A DNA stretch of 64,000 bases from Amphiscolops sp. MND2022 (taxonomy: Eukaryota), in the NCBI GenBank assembly GCA_964187785.1, contig OZ076415.1, positions 30,380,001 through 30,444,000 on the forward strand, given 5' to 3'. Below are positions 54,401 to 64,000 of this stretch, piece after piece. The position numbers and the translations under genes are program-made. The notes beneath the pieces are model-generated. The model made no database searches. It was not told where the DNA came from and saw only the letters and a list, made by a program, of their open reading frames with translations. How positions within the stretch are numbered: position 1 is the stretch's first letter; each line of letters begins with the position of its first letter.

Positions 54401-57400
54401 TCCCGAATGGCCTCAGCTGCTGTCTCCGTCTCTTCAGGCGTCAGTTGCTTCTCGCTATATATTCTCTTGACGCGAGCATGGCATGCGGCATCCAAATTTT
54501 CTTTGAGCTTCAAGCGACTCAAGAAATCTCGGTTAGACAGTTGTCGCCAATTCTGTCCTTGTAAATCGCCCAGCGACTTCCAGTCCAGGATATCAGGCAC
54601 GTGTCTGGGAAGTAGTGCTCGACCTGCCAACTTGCGGATGAAAGTATGGAACTCTCGGAAGGTGTAGAAGCCACTATCCCTTCGCTGTGCAAACTGACTC
54701 TCGAAGCTCTTGGTGTCTGGAAAACAAAACATTACCATCCTGAAGGGTCCCTATGACACCATTAGACCTAACGTGTCAATCTACTATATCTCGCATGAGC
54801 CTCAAATAGTGGTAAGAGAAACTGAGACCATGAGGTCCGTAGACAAGAGGGAAACCAATATACTAACAATCGCGGACAATTCGTGCGAAGAACTCCAGCT
54901 TGATGGTGAAGAAATCATCAGCTATGATTTCCCACTCGAGGCTTTGGGGCTTGTTTTTGACCCCCTGGTGGACCTGTGGTGGTGCTATCTTCGTCAAATG
55001 CTGGTGCACAGACTTCCAGTTCGCAATCAGTTCCGAACATATGGCTGGTACAGCGGCAATTTCCAGGTGATAGGTAGTCATCGCCTACAATCAACATGTT
55101 TATTGGAGGCAATTCAAAACTGGACCTACAGTCTTACGGACAGTGACCTTACCTTAACGAATTCTGGCATTAGGGCGGCCCAGGGCTGTCCACCGCAATC
55201 GTCCAAGAATGTAACCAGAAACTTCAACTGAGAGAAGAAACTGATGGTACCAAACACGCTGCCCCATCGTTCATGCATCAGGTCCGGCAGACAAAGAGCA
55301 TCAAATCGAAAAGGGTACTCAATCCCTTTTTGGAAGAGGCAAGAACGTTCAAGAAGAGGAATCACCTCTACAGGACACCCAGACACGCTCACAATCTGAG
55401 GTTGTGTTGATAGGACGGACAAGAGACGGGAAAGTACCAACAGGAAACCAGCAGCAGGCTCTGAAGCAGTCCGGTATCGTAGCAAACGGACGACATTGAG
55501 GGATTCGCCCTTCCAGAACCGGATCGAGACAAAGCTGTAGGTGCCTCGCATTTCAAACTCCAGAGAGTACTGACCCGTGACACTGACTTGATACGCGATG
55601 TCAGCGATGCCACAGAGGAAGATGTGATGAAAGATCGTCTAAAACAAAATTAACCAGGATGAAAATGAATCGGGGCTACGTTAGGGCTAAAAGACCCTGA
55701 GGCTAGAAATCGCCAATACTTACTGTCAGTTTGGAGGAGCCCCAATCGTAAGGAGAGAACAGACTCTGATGGTTGGTAACAGTGCCAATCTGTGACCATA
55801 GCGACTCAAGGACGTTTAGATCTCCACAACGAGGAGCGAAGAGAGCAACCATGGAGATTTGGACGCACAGTCTGATCTCCTCCTGCCCAGCGATGGAGCC
55901 CAGGCCAGCCATATGATCCTCGTAGAAGGGGTTACTGCTGCCAGTTTCAACCAAAGGAACTTGCATGAAGAAAGGCTTCTCTTTCTCAAGTTCTAAGGGA
56001 GTCAACAATTGGCCCTTCTTCCCTCTGACTTCGTGCACAATCCGGCCAGTCACCTTGTCCTTCTTCCTTAAGTGCTCATATCTCCAGCGCTGATCTTTGC
56101 GGAAATGCGGCTCACACTGGAAATGGCGGACAATCTCCCGAGCTCCTTTTGAAAAAATGGAAACGTTCGTCTTACATATCTGGCAGTAGAACTTATGTTT
56201 ATTGTGCTCTGGGTCAAGGGGGCCGGTGACGAATGTGCGAGTCCACTGAATTCCTTTGAAATAGGCTTCTTTCATTATTTTGCCTGTGCGTCCAGGAAGC
56301 CGACGACGTTTGCGAGGTGGACTTGAGGCAGAAGCTTGGTCAGTGGTCAATGTGGCTAAAGGCTCATAGTCGGTTGAGCAGAATCCTGGACTAGGGACTT
56401 GTTGTGCGGATGATGGTCCAGATGTTGAAGTCGAACTTTGATCTGGAGGACTTGGAGGGGGATTGATGCTCAGATCCTTGCCAGTTCTTTGCGAATTGAT
56501 GACAAACTCATCTTCCGAACTGAGCGCTCCACTAGTGTACCCCTCAGTCCCAACGTCACTGTCTTCCGCACCTGATCCAAGGCTGCCGCTCTGCTTACGG
56601 AAGATCTTGATTCGCTGCTTCCCGGATCCTTGAGGAGTCCCTTGGGAGCGAATTCCCGCCCGGATCGCTTCTTCCAGCATGTTCTTCATTTGGTGTAAGG
56701 AAGAAGTAATGGTTTCCGTGGAGACGGCACGCAAGATGGAATGGACTTGCCCCTGATTGAAGGCTACGGCCGCATGGCCTACCGGGAGGATGCACGGGTT
56801 GGTCTCATTGAAATGCTGATTTATGAGCGTTCGAGCAGAGGCAGATAGAGGCCTGGTGGGACTGAAGAGCTTCGGGGAAGATGTGCTTGGTAACTCAGCC
56901 GAGGTTGATGGCTTAACATTCTCATGGGTCTCGGTCCCAGCGGAGCTTAGCGCATCCAGTGCAATCAAGAAAGGAGGTTCCTTGACGGTCTCAGCACCTG
57001 AACTATCAAGCAATTCTTCAGCGTCGCTGGTATCTGTTTGAAAGTAATCCGCCTTGGTGACGGAAAATCCAGCTTCACTGACAGCATCATTGCCCCGCTC
57101 AATCTCAGCCTCAGGAGACTCCTTGTCTTGTGACCCAGTCGTGACCTGGGGAATTGGCTCCGACTCAGAAGCTTTCTCAGCGGTTGGCTTTAGTACATTG
57201 TCTACAATGGCAGATGTGGTAGGAGGCAAGAAAGAGATGTCCAATCCAGTGCCTTGACAACCTAGAGTCTGCAACTGACGCTCAATGTACGCAGAGATAC
57301 TCTCATCGGTGGAAGGGATGGGAGTTGGATCAGTCCTAGCTGAGCTGTCTTTTGGCGGATCAGGCTGCTTAGTCTCCGCGTCCTTTATGGCAGTGGCGGT

Positions 57401-60400
57401 CTGGTCGACGACTGTTTCTTCAGCCTGTTGTGGAACTTCTTCTTCTGTTGAAGCCCCAGTAGCGGTAGCGGGAATGATTTCATTGTTCTCTTCGGACGAC
57501 ATGTCTAAATAGAAAGAGATAAAATTAAGCGGAGAACTTCCTGAAAAAGAGTCCATTGCCGCATTAAAAAATCTTCCGGAAGTAGATATTTGAACTCAAG
57601 TGAATGCTTGAGTTATGGGACAGGAAGTACGTGAATGAAATGAGAGCCCTGATCAAGCCTCAAACTAGTTCATTACCAAAAATAGAAATGAAAACCCTTG
57701 AGACGCTACTGACCTGTGTGGACTAAATTGAAGGAGAGAAGTTCTGTATGTAGACTGTGGATGCTGGGTGAATGGTTAATCCTGGAAGTCGGTCTGACGA
57801 AAAGAATTATGTTGGGCTAGAAGTAGTAGTTGAACAGCAGAAGCTGGGTGAGAGAAGCAGATTCTTCTTTGAAAGAGGGAGAGGATGTTGAATATGGGTG
57901 AATTTGCCAAAAGGGACTCAGTGTCGATTGTCCTAGACTGTCCCAAGAAATCCAGAGGCGTTGTAACAAAGTGAAATTACAAAAGGAAACTTCAAATGAA
58001 ATGGAAATAAATATGACGCAAAGACTAAAAGACTAAAGATGATTAAATACTGGCGATAATACAAAGAGAGTAACTGGAGAAGAATTCGAATGTAAAAGAA
58101 TTGAAAGCTGAATTGGCAATGTGACAAAGTGTCAAAATTGGAGTTCGTGGCTATACAGTTTGGTGTCAAATTTGTTATTATTTACAATTTACAGTGTTAT
58201 GTGGATAGAGTCTGCCAGCGATATCTACAATTACTTATTCATTTCGAAAATGTACCATTTTACAAATTATTTCATGATTTTCCAAGATTTCATTAATTTC
58301 AAGGTCATTTTACATTAGTCCTTATATGGATTTACGACCTTGGGGGGCCATTTTATTCAGAAAAGATCGTGCTGCATTCCTATTGGCCAATCAAGATTGC
58401 TGGGGAACGGCGTGGCTGACTGCCATAGCTCACCCTCTTGAAACCTTTAAGTGCTTGATAAGTGTTAATAAACACTTGAAGCGGCACTCTTAATATGGAG
58501 GTGTTGACAAAACTGATGTAAGCCAACAAGGCCGTTGTCGGCGTTATCAAAGAAGGCAAGACGGATAGATGAAAGATATTACCAAGATGGAATTTGTTAT
58601 TGAAAATTTATCCTTCTCAGGAGACGCAAAACCCCGGGAAACTGAGACGAAAACTCCCGCTAGTCGACGGAAGGGAAGGCCGCCATTGTTCTACAATCAT
58701 TTGCAACAACCAGTTGGCTATTTGAAATAAAACTCAAAAAACTTCTCAAAAGAAATCTCTCCGAAAATTGCAAAGAAAATAATTATGGACAAATTCCTAT
58801 CAAGCCATTTCGACTCAGAGTCCCCCGAGTACTTCCCTGAAGACTTTCTGGGCGCAGCCCCAGGAGACGGAATAATTTGCATATCCAGTGATGATGAAAT
58901 GGAATGTGTGAGCAGAGCTTCAGTAGACGACCTAGAATCTCTATCCGACGATGATGAAGTGGCTTTACTGGCGGAATGTGTAGAAAGACAAATGGAACTC
59001 CCATTAGCCTCAGAAAACATTCCAGTGCCCTCCTGTTCAAACCAACAGGGAGAAGATCGCTCCGAGGCCCCCAGGCTCTCATACATCCCTGGACCAATGT
59101 TCGATGCTGGATACTTTGATCTAGGAATGGGGAGAGGGCCAGTCGCAAGAGACACAAGGCTCAAAAACGATCATCCGATTAATATTTGCAGCCAATTAAT
59201 TCCAATGGTGGACACGCCAATGTCCCCCCCTGCTGTAGATAAATACCCTACAGGCGACTGGAGAGCAATGGTAGAGCCCTCTACTAGTAACAAGCAACAA
59301 TGCCCAAGTGGAATACACTTTAAAGGCCCTAGCGACGACAATCCCTACATCACGGGCTGCACAGACTGCCTCATCTGCGGAAAATCTGTGGAACAGATTC
59401 AAGATGAAGCAGTGATTGACTACATGCACAAGACGGCTGTCCGAGGGGAGTCCCCAGAACAATTCAATGCCAGAAGACTAGCGTTCTTAGAAGGAATGAA
59501 GGTGGGCTGCTTCATGCTAATCCCAGGGGGAGTGTCCCAGGCGTCCGCCTGTGATGGCAACTTGTATTCTATTTGCCACAACTATCAAAAAGCCCTACCC
59601 AACACGATCCATTTAAATTGAAACTTTTTAAATGAACCGCATTTGTATCTTAAAAGTCATGTAATTTATTTATTCTGAATATAAAATATCATGTAGGGAT
59701 GATTTGATATTATGTAATACCGGCGCTAATTTGTACGTTGCTAGTAAATTGGACACCAAGGCGTACAGGTAGAGGAAACGCGTTCAAATGTTTTCTCGCC
59801 TGTCGCCTTGGTCCACCGGTCCGATTAACTCGCTAGCCAATCACAGTGCAGTACTTTCTTTATTCGGTGCTGTATTATGCTGCTAGATTAAAGGGACTGA
59901 GTGGCCATATGCCGCCAGTCAACAATATCTCGGTCCACTCATGTCGATTGGACGCTGAGTCCGTTTTGGAATTAAAGGCGCTTACTGGAAAGTGCTATGA
60001 CTTACATAATAACCGGTGCTTTACTGTCTTATTTGGTAAATTATTAGTCCTTAGAGGACATGTAATCTGCATTAATTAGTACGCCATCAATGCATTTGAT
60101 ATAATTCATGCAATTAGAAAGTGTTGAAATACATGCAGTTTATTGAGTTCATACATGTATGTCGTTGCTTGTCCGCATGGACCTCCAGTCTTCCCGCCAC
60201 AATAACTGTCGGGAAAGGCCCTTTGATCTATGATGATGTCACTAGTTAACCGTTGCTATATTTAGAACTGTTGCTATTTTTAGAAGCCCTTAAGGCTATT
60301 ATTAGAAAATGATGATCAATATTATGCGTGTCATGTAGTTTGTTATATATATAGCGGAGACATTTAGTCCCGGGACACAAGAAGTTTGACCTTACTACAT

Positions 60401-63400
60401 GCCTGTTACTTGATACTGAGTAATCTCACACTGAATTTGCAAGCCTGAGAACTTAATTTAAATTCTTACCTCTTGCAACAATCTCTTATGCCTTCTACTA
60501 GACGTCAAAAAGCGAAAGCTAGGAAATCTAGGGAAATGGACATGATGTCCGACTTTGAAAACTTAGATGTGATGCTGGGAAATAGCAATAATAATCCCAT
60601 AGAAAGGGAATTAGCTGAAGCTATAGATCAGTCATCGGCCCATGGGGACGCTGATACACATACGTACCTAGAGAATGAATATAGAGATTACCAACATGAA
60701 AATGATGTACTGAGACAAAATGAAATCAGACACTCCTTTGAAACCTTCTCGAACGAGTTTAATCTCAGATTATCTCAAGAAATGGATTCTATGATGTCAA
60801 TGATGCATAATCAAATAAATAGAGCTGTCACAACGGCTATAAATGAAAGAGTCATTCCAGAAATTCAAAACATTGCTAGTTCCATGTCCTCTGCTGGGCA
60901 CAGGGACACTGAGGCCAGTTCGTCCCCGAATAGCCAGGAAAACAGGGAAAGCGCTTCTGGGCCTAAAATAAAAATTGCAAAGAAGGATTCACGATCTGTA
61001 GGAGATCTAAGAGGGACCCTAGGTCAGAGTTCTCACAGTCTCCTAGGAGATTTTTCTTTCGTCAAAGGAGGCTCCTCTAGCTAGAGCTCCGAGGCGACGT
61101 GCCGGCACTCTCAAAGTCCGGACACACCCCCACAAGCCTGTAAAATTGAATCCTAAGGTTTTTCCCGCAACTCCTACATACTTCCGAGGTCCAAAAAGGT
61201 ATCTAACTGAAATACATTATATTTGGGAAATAAGGACTGAAATGGAGACCTAGTAGGTCAAACATCATCCAAATACTCTGTAAACGGTAACAAAACACGG
61301 GTATAAGCCCCAATAACATTACAGTTCGGATTTGGTCATCAGTCTGGCATCTGGCATCATTCCTCATCTTCGGGGCACAATGGTCTCATTTGGCATTTTT
61401 CTGCCGAAACCCTGTCTTTTTGTTGTCAGATGGCACAATTCCTGATTCTCTCGCCTTCTGGGTGATGACATCTCGGACATTCACGTTCCTGAGTGGGGGT
61501 GGGTTTTTTTGCCTTTATTTTGCTTCCTCTACGGTTTTCGTACCTGCCGGGTCGGCCATCTTGAATGTGCTTGTTTGATACCGCACATTTCGAATTTTTG
61601 ATCGAAATTTTCAAAAAATTCTGCAACGTCCCTTGCCTGACGTTACAATTCAATTAAAGAGGTTAGCATATATGTTGTATGGCTCGGTCGCTTCGCTCCC
61701 TTCGCCAAGTAGCAACATAGAGGCATGGCCAAATGGCACGTCGCTCCGCTTCGCTTCGCTCCTGCATTTAGGGCCTAGGGGTATGTGAACATAGCTGACT
61801 ACGTTATAAAAGTAAGTTGTATAATATAAATTGCACTAAATGTCGGGTTTCATTTTTGTACGAAATGTCTGGTTTCGTTTTTGTACGAAATGTCTGGTTT
61901 CGCTTTTGTACGAAATGTCTGGTTTTGGTTTTTGTACAAGATGTCGTGTGTACGAAATGTCGTGTGTGCGAATTGTCGAGCCCCCTAAATCCTTATATCT
62001 TTCTTGTACAAGTCAACAGGAGATACAACAGAACTAATTTTCTTATATTTCATTTTTGAAAAGTTGCAAGATGAAAACATGTATATTGAAATTGAAAGCA
62101 CAATTATCAACCCACTTTGAATATTGACAACAGTTGAAATCGCTCGGATAATATGAGAACAGACGAAATTTGCTGCAATCATGCAAAAATCAAACACAAA
62201 AACTAGTGTATCCATTGAAATTGGTTTAAAAGATACATGTAAGTATGGCCGTTTCACTGCCCTGGTTAATTCAACTGGTATACATTTACCTTGGCTGTTT
62301 CCCACGATAGAAAAATTTGCGTGTATATAAACGCGTTCTCTGCCCCGAAACCCATTCTGTCGACGACTCTCCGTGAATCCTGCATTGCTACGATTCCCTC
62401 AGTGGAAGTTGAAACTTCGGCCACTTTCAAGTAAAATCGGGAGCTCTGAAAAAGTGAAGATGGATGGTAAGTGAGTTTCAAAACCGATGTTTTGGATGAT
62501 CATCAAGAAGAACATTTTTTTTCGTGAGATACCTTATTCCTTATTACGTATGTACTTAATAGTACGAGTATAATATCCTTGCAAAATTATATTACAAAAA
62601 CAAAACATTAGCATCTAAAATTACAGATATTTTTGGGAGGATCGTTTTTTATGATAATCCAGCCGAAAGTGGCAAGTTGTTTTTTTCTAAGCAGTGTGCA
62701 TCAGTTTTTAACCGTCAGTGCTTTATTTGTAGATGATAGTTTTCTGTAGTCAGAAACTTGAAAATTGTCAAAAACTTAACTTCATGAAATAGCAGCTCTT
62801 AAGCTGTGAAATAGCATTTTTGCGAAAAGAGGGGTAGATTAATAAGCTTTAAAGGAATATTCAGTTCAACTTTCTGAAACTTGATGATCTTGAAAAAATC
62901 ATTCCCATGTTGACAAAAAATTCATTCCTTTCAAGAACCTTGCAAGATTCTTGCAAAAAAACACATTACTTACAAAAACAATTTTCTTGCAAGTAATCAA
63001 AACTGATGACAAAAGTTTCTAAAAAGAAACAATTACTGATATGGAAGTCTTCTCTCCAGTTTCTGCGAAATTTACATCATGCTCGAACGAATTCGCTTCG
63101 TTGTTGATGAACTTTTTGGCCAGATATGTCAATTATTCAATGTTAGATGGCTTTCCTGAACAACAAAAATACAAATTTAACAAAAACCCGTGGTGCCAAA
63201 AATATTTCTCAAATACATCTCAAATACACGCTTTTTTTGATATCGAAATTAGCCGTTGCTAGTTAATCCTCTTCTGCAATCTTCTCAATTTCATAGAATT
63301 ATTTTTTCCGCCCTAAATTTCCACAGGGGAAGTTTGAACTATTTTTTCAGTCCGATTTTTTTTTCATTTAACAAATTTTGTTGTTCAAAAATTAGAGTTT

Positions 63401-63930
63401 CTTTTGCCGAATCCAACACGATTTCAGCGATGGAAACATAAGGCTCGTTGCATACGGTTTAGTATCATTTCACGCCATATCATTTCATCCCACATTCATT
63501 TCACCCCACCTTCATTTCACTCCACGTTCATTTCACACCACGTTCATTTCACCCCACATTTACACTATCAAATGCGTCTCAGATTAATGATTACTGCCAC
63601 ACCGTTTGAATCTTAGCGCTAAAAGAAAAGCCTTGTTACCAATTAGATAATCAAACGATGTTTGCTATGTGAACCACGAAAACGAACCCAAAAGTTTCAC
63701 TCATTGGAGTTGTAACACTTTTTAATCCTGGTGTTCACTTTGTTTTAAATTTGATCAAACTAAACCCTTTGTCACTCGTGACGTCACATCCGGATCAGAA
63801 GTTGAACCAATCCAGTCATTGAAAGCAGTTAGCCAGAACACTGAGCTTCCCCCGGCTATGCTGTCCAGAGCTTCCAACTTCCCTGGTAGTTCCAACAGTG
63901 CTTCATAAGAAGCATAATAATCAATTTCCC
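39447..63930 (-). CDS. Patched-domain-containing protein (PTCHD3-like), 3' half; in-frame TAA in one exon; 5' part lies beyond the window
   Basis: Phase-consistent exons 63766-63930, 63037-63155 (TAA at 63133-63135), 62290-62445 (SSRFY..FIYTQIFLSWE), 44785-44910 (EFIRNILLAF TM), 42481-42625 (SIGLAVDFAAHI), 40815-40936 (GAAVFNGGFSTFLAV), 39954-40070 (GLFHGLIFLPVALS), 39447-39521 (stop). Confidence 0.85.
41213..41949. mobile_element. catg-rich MITE with CCC..GGG termini and 2-bp TSD (CMC/EnSpm-like)
   Basis: gg|CCCTGGTTGACCATCATG ... CATGATGGTTAACCTGGG|gg; similar catg-rich sequence at about 9650-9880 and 20215-20475. Confidence 0.65.
45325..45445 (+). repeat. MULE-like subterminal repeats (cgacatttcgtaca), inverted partner at about 61825-61980
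   Basis: cgacaattcgtacaaacgacatttcgtaca matches the reverse complement of tgtacgaaatgtcgtgtgtgcgaattgtcg. Confidence 0.55.
45659..47163 (+). repeat. 5' LTR
   Basis: Direct repeat of 59533-61037. Confidence 0.97.
46470..46495 (+). promoter_or_regulatory. Putative LTR core promoter (TATA + TTAGT initiator-like)
   Basis: TATATATAG at 46470, TTAGTC at 46490; a tatatatag..gggacacaa arrangement is also present in the solo LTR. Confidence 0.45.
46614..48302 (+). CDS. gag: Gag with LTR-encoded N-terminal extension and two CCHC zinc knuckles
   Basis: ATG 46614; capsid-like FDGKSEKFELFED..; CSYCKATGHFYKSC and CDTCGKKNHSTEKC. Confidence 0.9.
   Translation: MPSTRHQKAKARKSREMDMMSDFENLDVMLGNSNNNPIERELAEAIDQSSAHGDADTHTYLENEYRDYQHENDVLRQNEIRHSFETFSNEFNLRLSQEMDSMMSMMHNQINRAVTTAINERVIPEIQNIASSMSSAGHRDTEASSSPNSQENKESASGPKIKIAKKDSRSVGDLRETLGQSSHMVTGAIDTQQQIPEFLTGRIHSIPNLQRQHSNHNVSLDTTLPAPDPEVPEPQQDPFNRLADVLVNLQNKPQTMTIRPVQTTPMTFDGKSEKFELFEDLIHTMIKMQPAMTEQMKFNHFHSLLRKGALQTFRNINSINRQTLEDVLVIFRRKYVKPESQPTAKHKWHRLTFDPNTMKLPDFLEELNQGAEKAFGENAKSMIDSLLYAKLPPKLKRSVNMARLENGTYEEIVAHRERELELNALEESDDLPMATMASASTNQSNLLSTGINTNKDAPCSYCKATGHFYKSCPKLKKKKEMEEKDGKKPQRPTYPPCDTCGKKNHSTEKCWQGAGAHLRPKSLQAEQKDSNASTSESKPKTSGDTTTTSSSQSNITKTDPKN
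47164..47177 (+). promoter_or_regulatory. Primer-binding site (tRNA-Leu-like)
   Basis: TGGTGACAGGAGCC directly after the LTR CA; its first 12 nt are 1 mismatch from the tRNA-Leu type TGGTGTCAGGAG (from memory). Confidence 0.7.
48293..48299 (+). promoter_or_regulatory. -1 ribosomal frameshift slippery site A AAA AAC
   Basis: In gag frame immediately before TAA; the -1 frame is the open pol frame. Confidence 0.8.
48305..53399 (+). CDS. pol: Pol: aspartic protease, RT, RNase H, integrase (two 1-bp deletions in IN)
   Basis: LIDTGA; YVDD; TDAS..TDNK; HHCC; D..TDKG..x35..E; GPF; C-terminal RYNLRP. Frameshifts near 52037 (ATG C-G ATC) and 52600 (A-run). Confidence 0.95.
53635..57502 (-). CDS. Spliced antisense cargo gene, about 1187 aa: acidic disordered N-terminus, C2H2/BED-like Zn finger, hAT-transposase-like body
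   Basis: Exons 55724-57502, 55153-55638, 54868-55084, 53635-54716; GT-AG introns of 85, 68 and 151 bp (GTAAGT, GTAAGG, GTTAGT) joining in frame (3564 nt including stop). Confidence 0.75.
58785..59621 (+). CDS. Accessory ORF (278 aa) overlapping PPT and U3 of the 3' LTR
   Basis: Intact ATG-TAA ORF; acidic N-terminus with IICISSDDE; CTDCLIC; the last ~29 codons lie in the LTR. Confidence 0.65.
   Translation: MDKFLSSHFDSESPEYFPEDFLGAAPGDGIICISSDDEMECVSRASVDDLESLSDDDEVALLAECVERQMELPLASENIPVPSCSNQQGEDRSEAPRLSYIPGPMFDAGYFDLGMGRGPVARDTRLKNDHPINICSQLIPMVDTPMSPPAVDKYPTGDWRAMVEPSTSNKQQCPSGIHFKGPSDDNPYITGCTDCLICGKSVEQIQDEAVIDYMHKTAVRGESPEQFNARRLAFLEGMKVGCFMLIPGGVSQASACDGNLYSICHNYQKALPNTIHLN
59525..59532 (+). 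promoter_or_regulatory. Polypurine tract
   Basis: AGGGGGAG directly before the TG of the 3' LTR. Confidence 0.75.
59533..61037 (+). repeat. 3' LTR, containing a second copy of the gag N-terminal 183 codons that reads out into the flank
   Basis: Direct repeat of the 5' LTR; ORF 60488-61084. Confidence 0.97.
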
Positions 63931-64000
63931 CTGGAAAGCATTGGACCAATAAAAATGGCATGCGACTTCAAAAAGCTTACTCATGACACGTTCCGTGTAG

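Larger units (their letters stand above)
45659..61037 (+). mobile_element. Full-length complex Ty3/Gypsy LTR retrotransposon, 15379 bp
   Basis: TG..CA LTRs 45659-47163 and 59533-61037 (both 1505 bp, about 9 substitutions by eye); TSD GTCTC (45654-45658, 61038-61042); PBS; PPT; PR-RT-RH-IN order. Confidence 0.97.
45537..61647. mobile_element. Older solo-LTR-like element (about 727 bp when rejoined) split by the large Gypsy insertion
   Basis: Perfect 9-bp inverted termini TGTAACGTC (45537) / GACGTTACA (61647); no clean TSD. Confidence 0.4.

Noticed and set aside
54765-54821. Extra micro-exon within intron 3 of the antisense gene
   Set aside because: It would introduce an in-frame TGA; a single 151-bp intron keeps the frame.
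59533-61084. Tandem second retroelement or head-to-tail duplication starting with a second gag
   Set aside because: The repeat ends exactly at CA + TSD GTCTC; it is the 3' LTR.
299-63961. Most short six-frame ORFs (60-150 aa)
   Set aside because: They are antisense shadows of real genes or lie in AT-rich repeats, with no domain signal.

Overview
AT-rich (non-vertebrate animal) genomic DNA with spliceosomal introns and a 200-N gap. Four host genes were reconstructed by hand: a WSC-domain + sulfotransferase (WSCD-like) gene on +; an intronless PAN/C-type lectin gene nested antisense in one of its introns; a spliced ShKT / coiled-coil / 2x F-type lectin gene on -; and the 3' half of a Patched-domain (PTCHD3-like) gene on - carrying an in-frame TAA. 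Pseudogene paralogs of the lectin and Patched genes are also present. The main object is a young 15.4-kb Ty3/Gypsy LTR retrotransposon (45659-61037; 1505-bp LTRs, 5-bp TSD GTCTC) with a complex, retrovirus-like layout: gag starts about 550 nt inside the LTR and reads through the PBS; pol follows an A-AAA-AAC -1 slippery site; a 4-exon antisense gene of about 1187 aa (Zn finger + apparently catalytically dead hAT-transposase-like body) lies after pol; and a separate sense ORF with a SIM-like motif overlaps the PPT and U3. A solo LTR, an LTR fragment and a probable 3' half of an older relative in the same window suggest this layout is a whole clade. Many MITE/DNA-transposon relics are present (hAT, MULE, Tc2/pogo, CMC-like, DINE-1-like). 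All calls were made by eye; no database searches were run.
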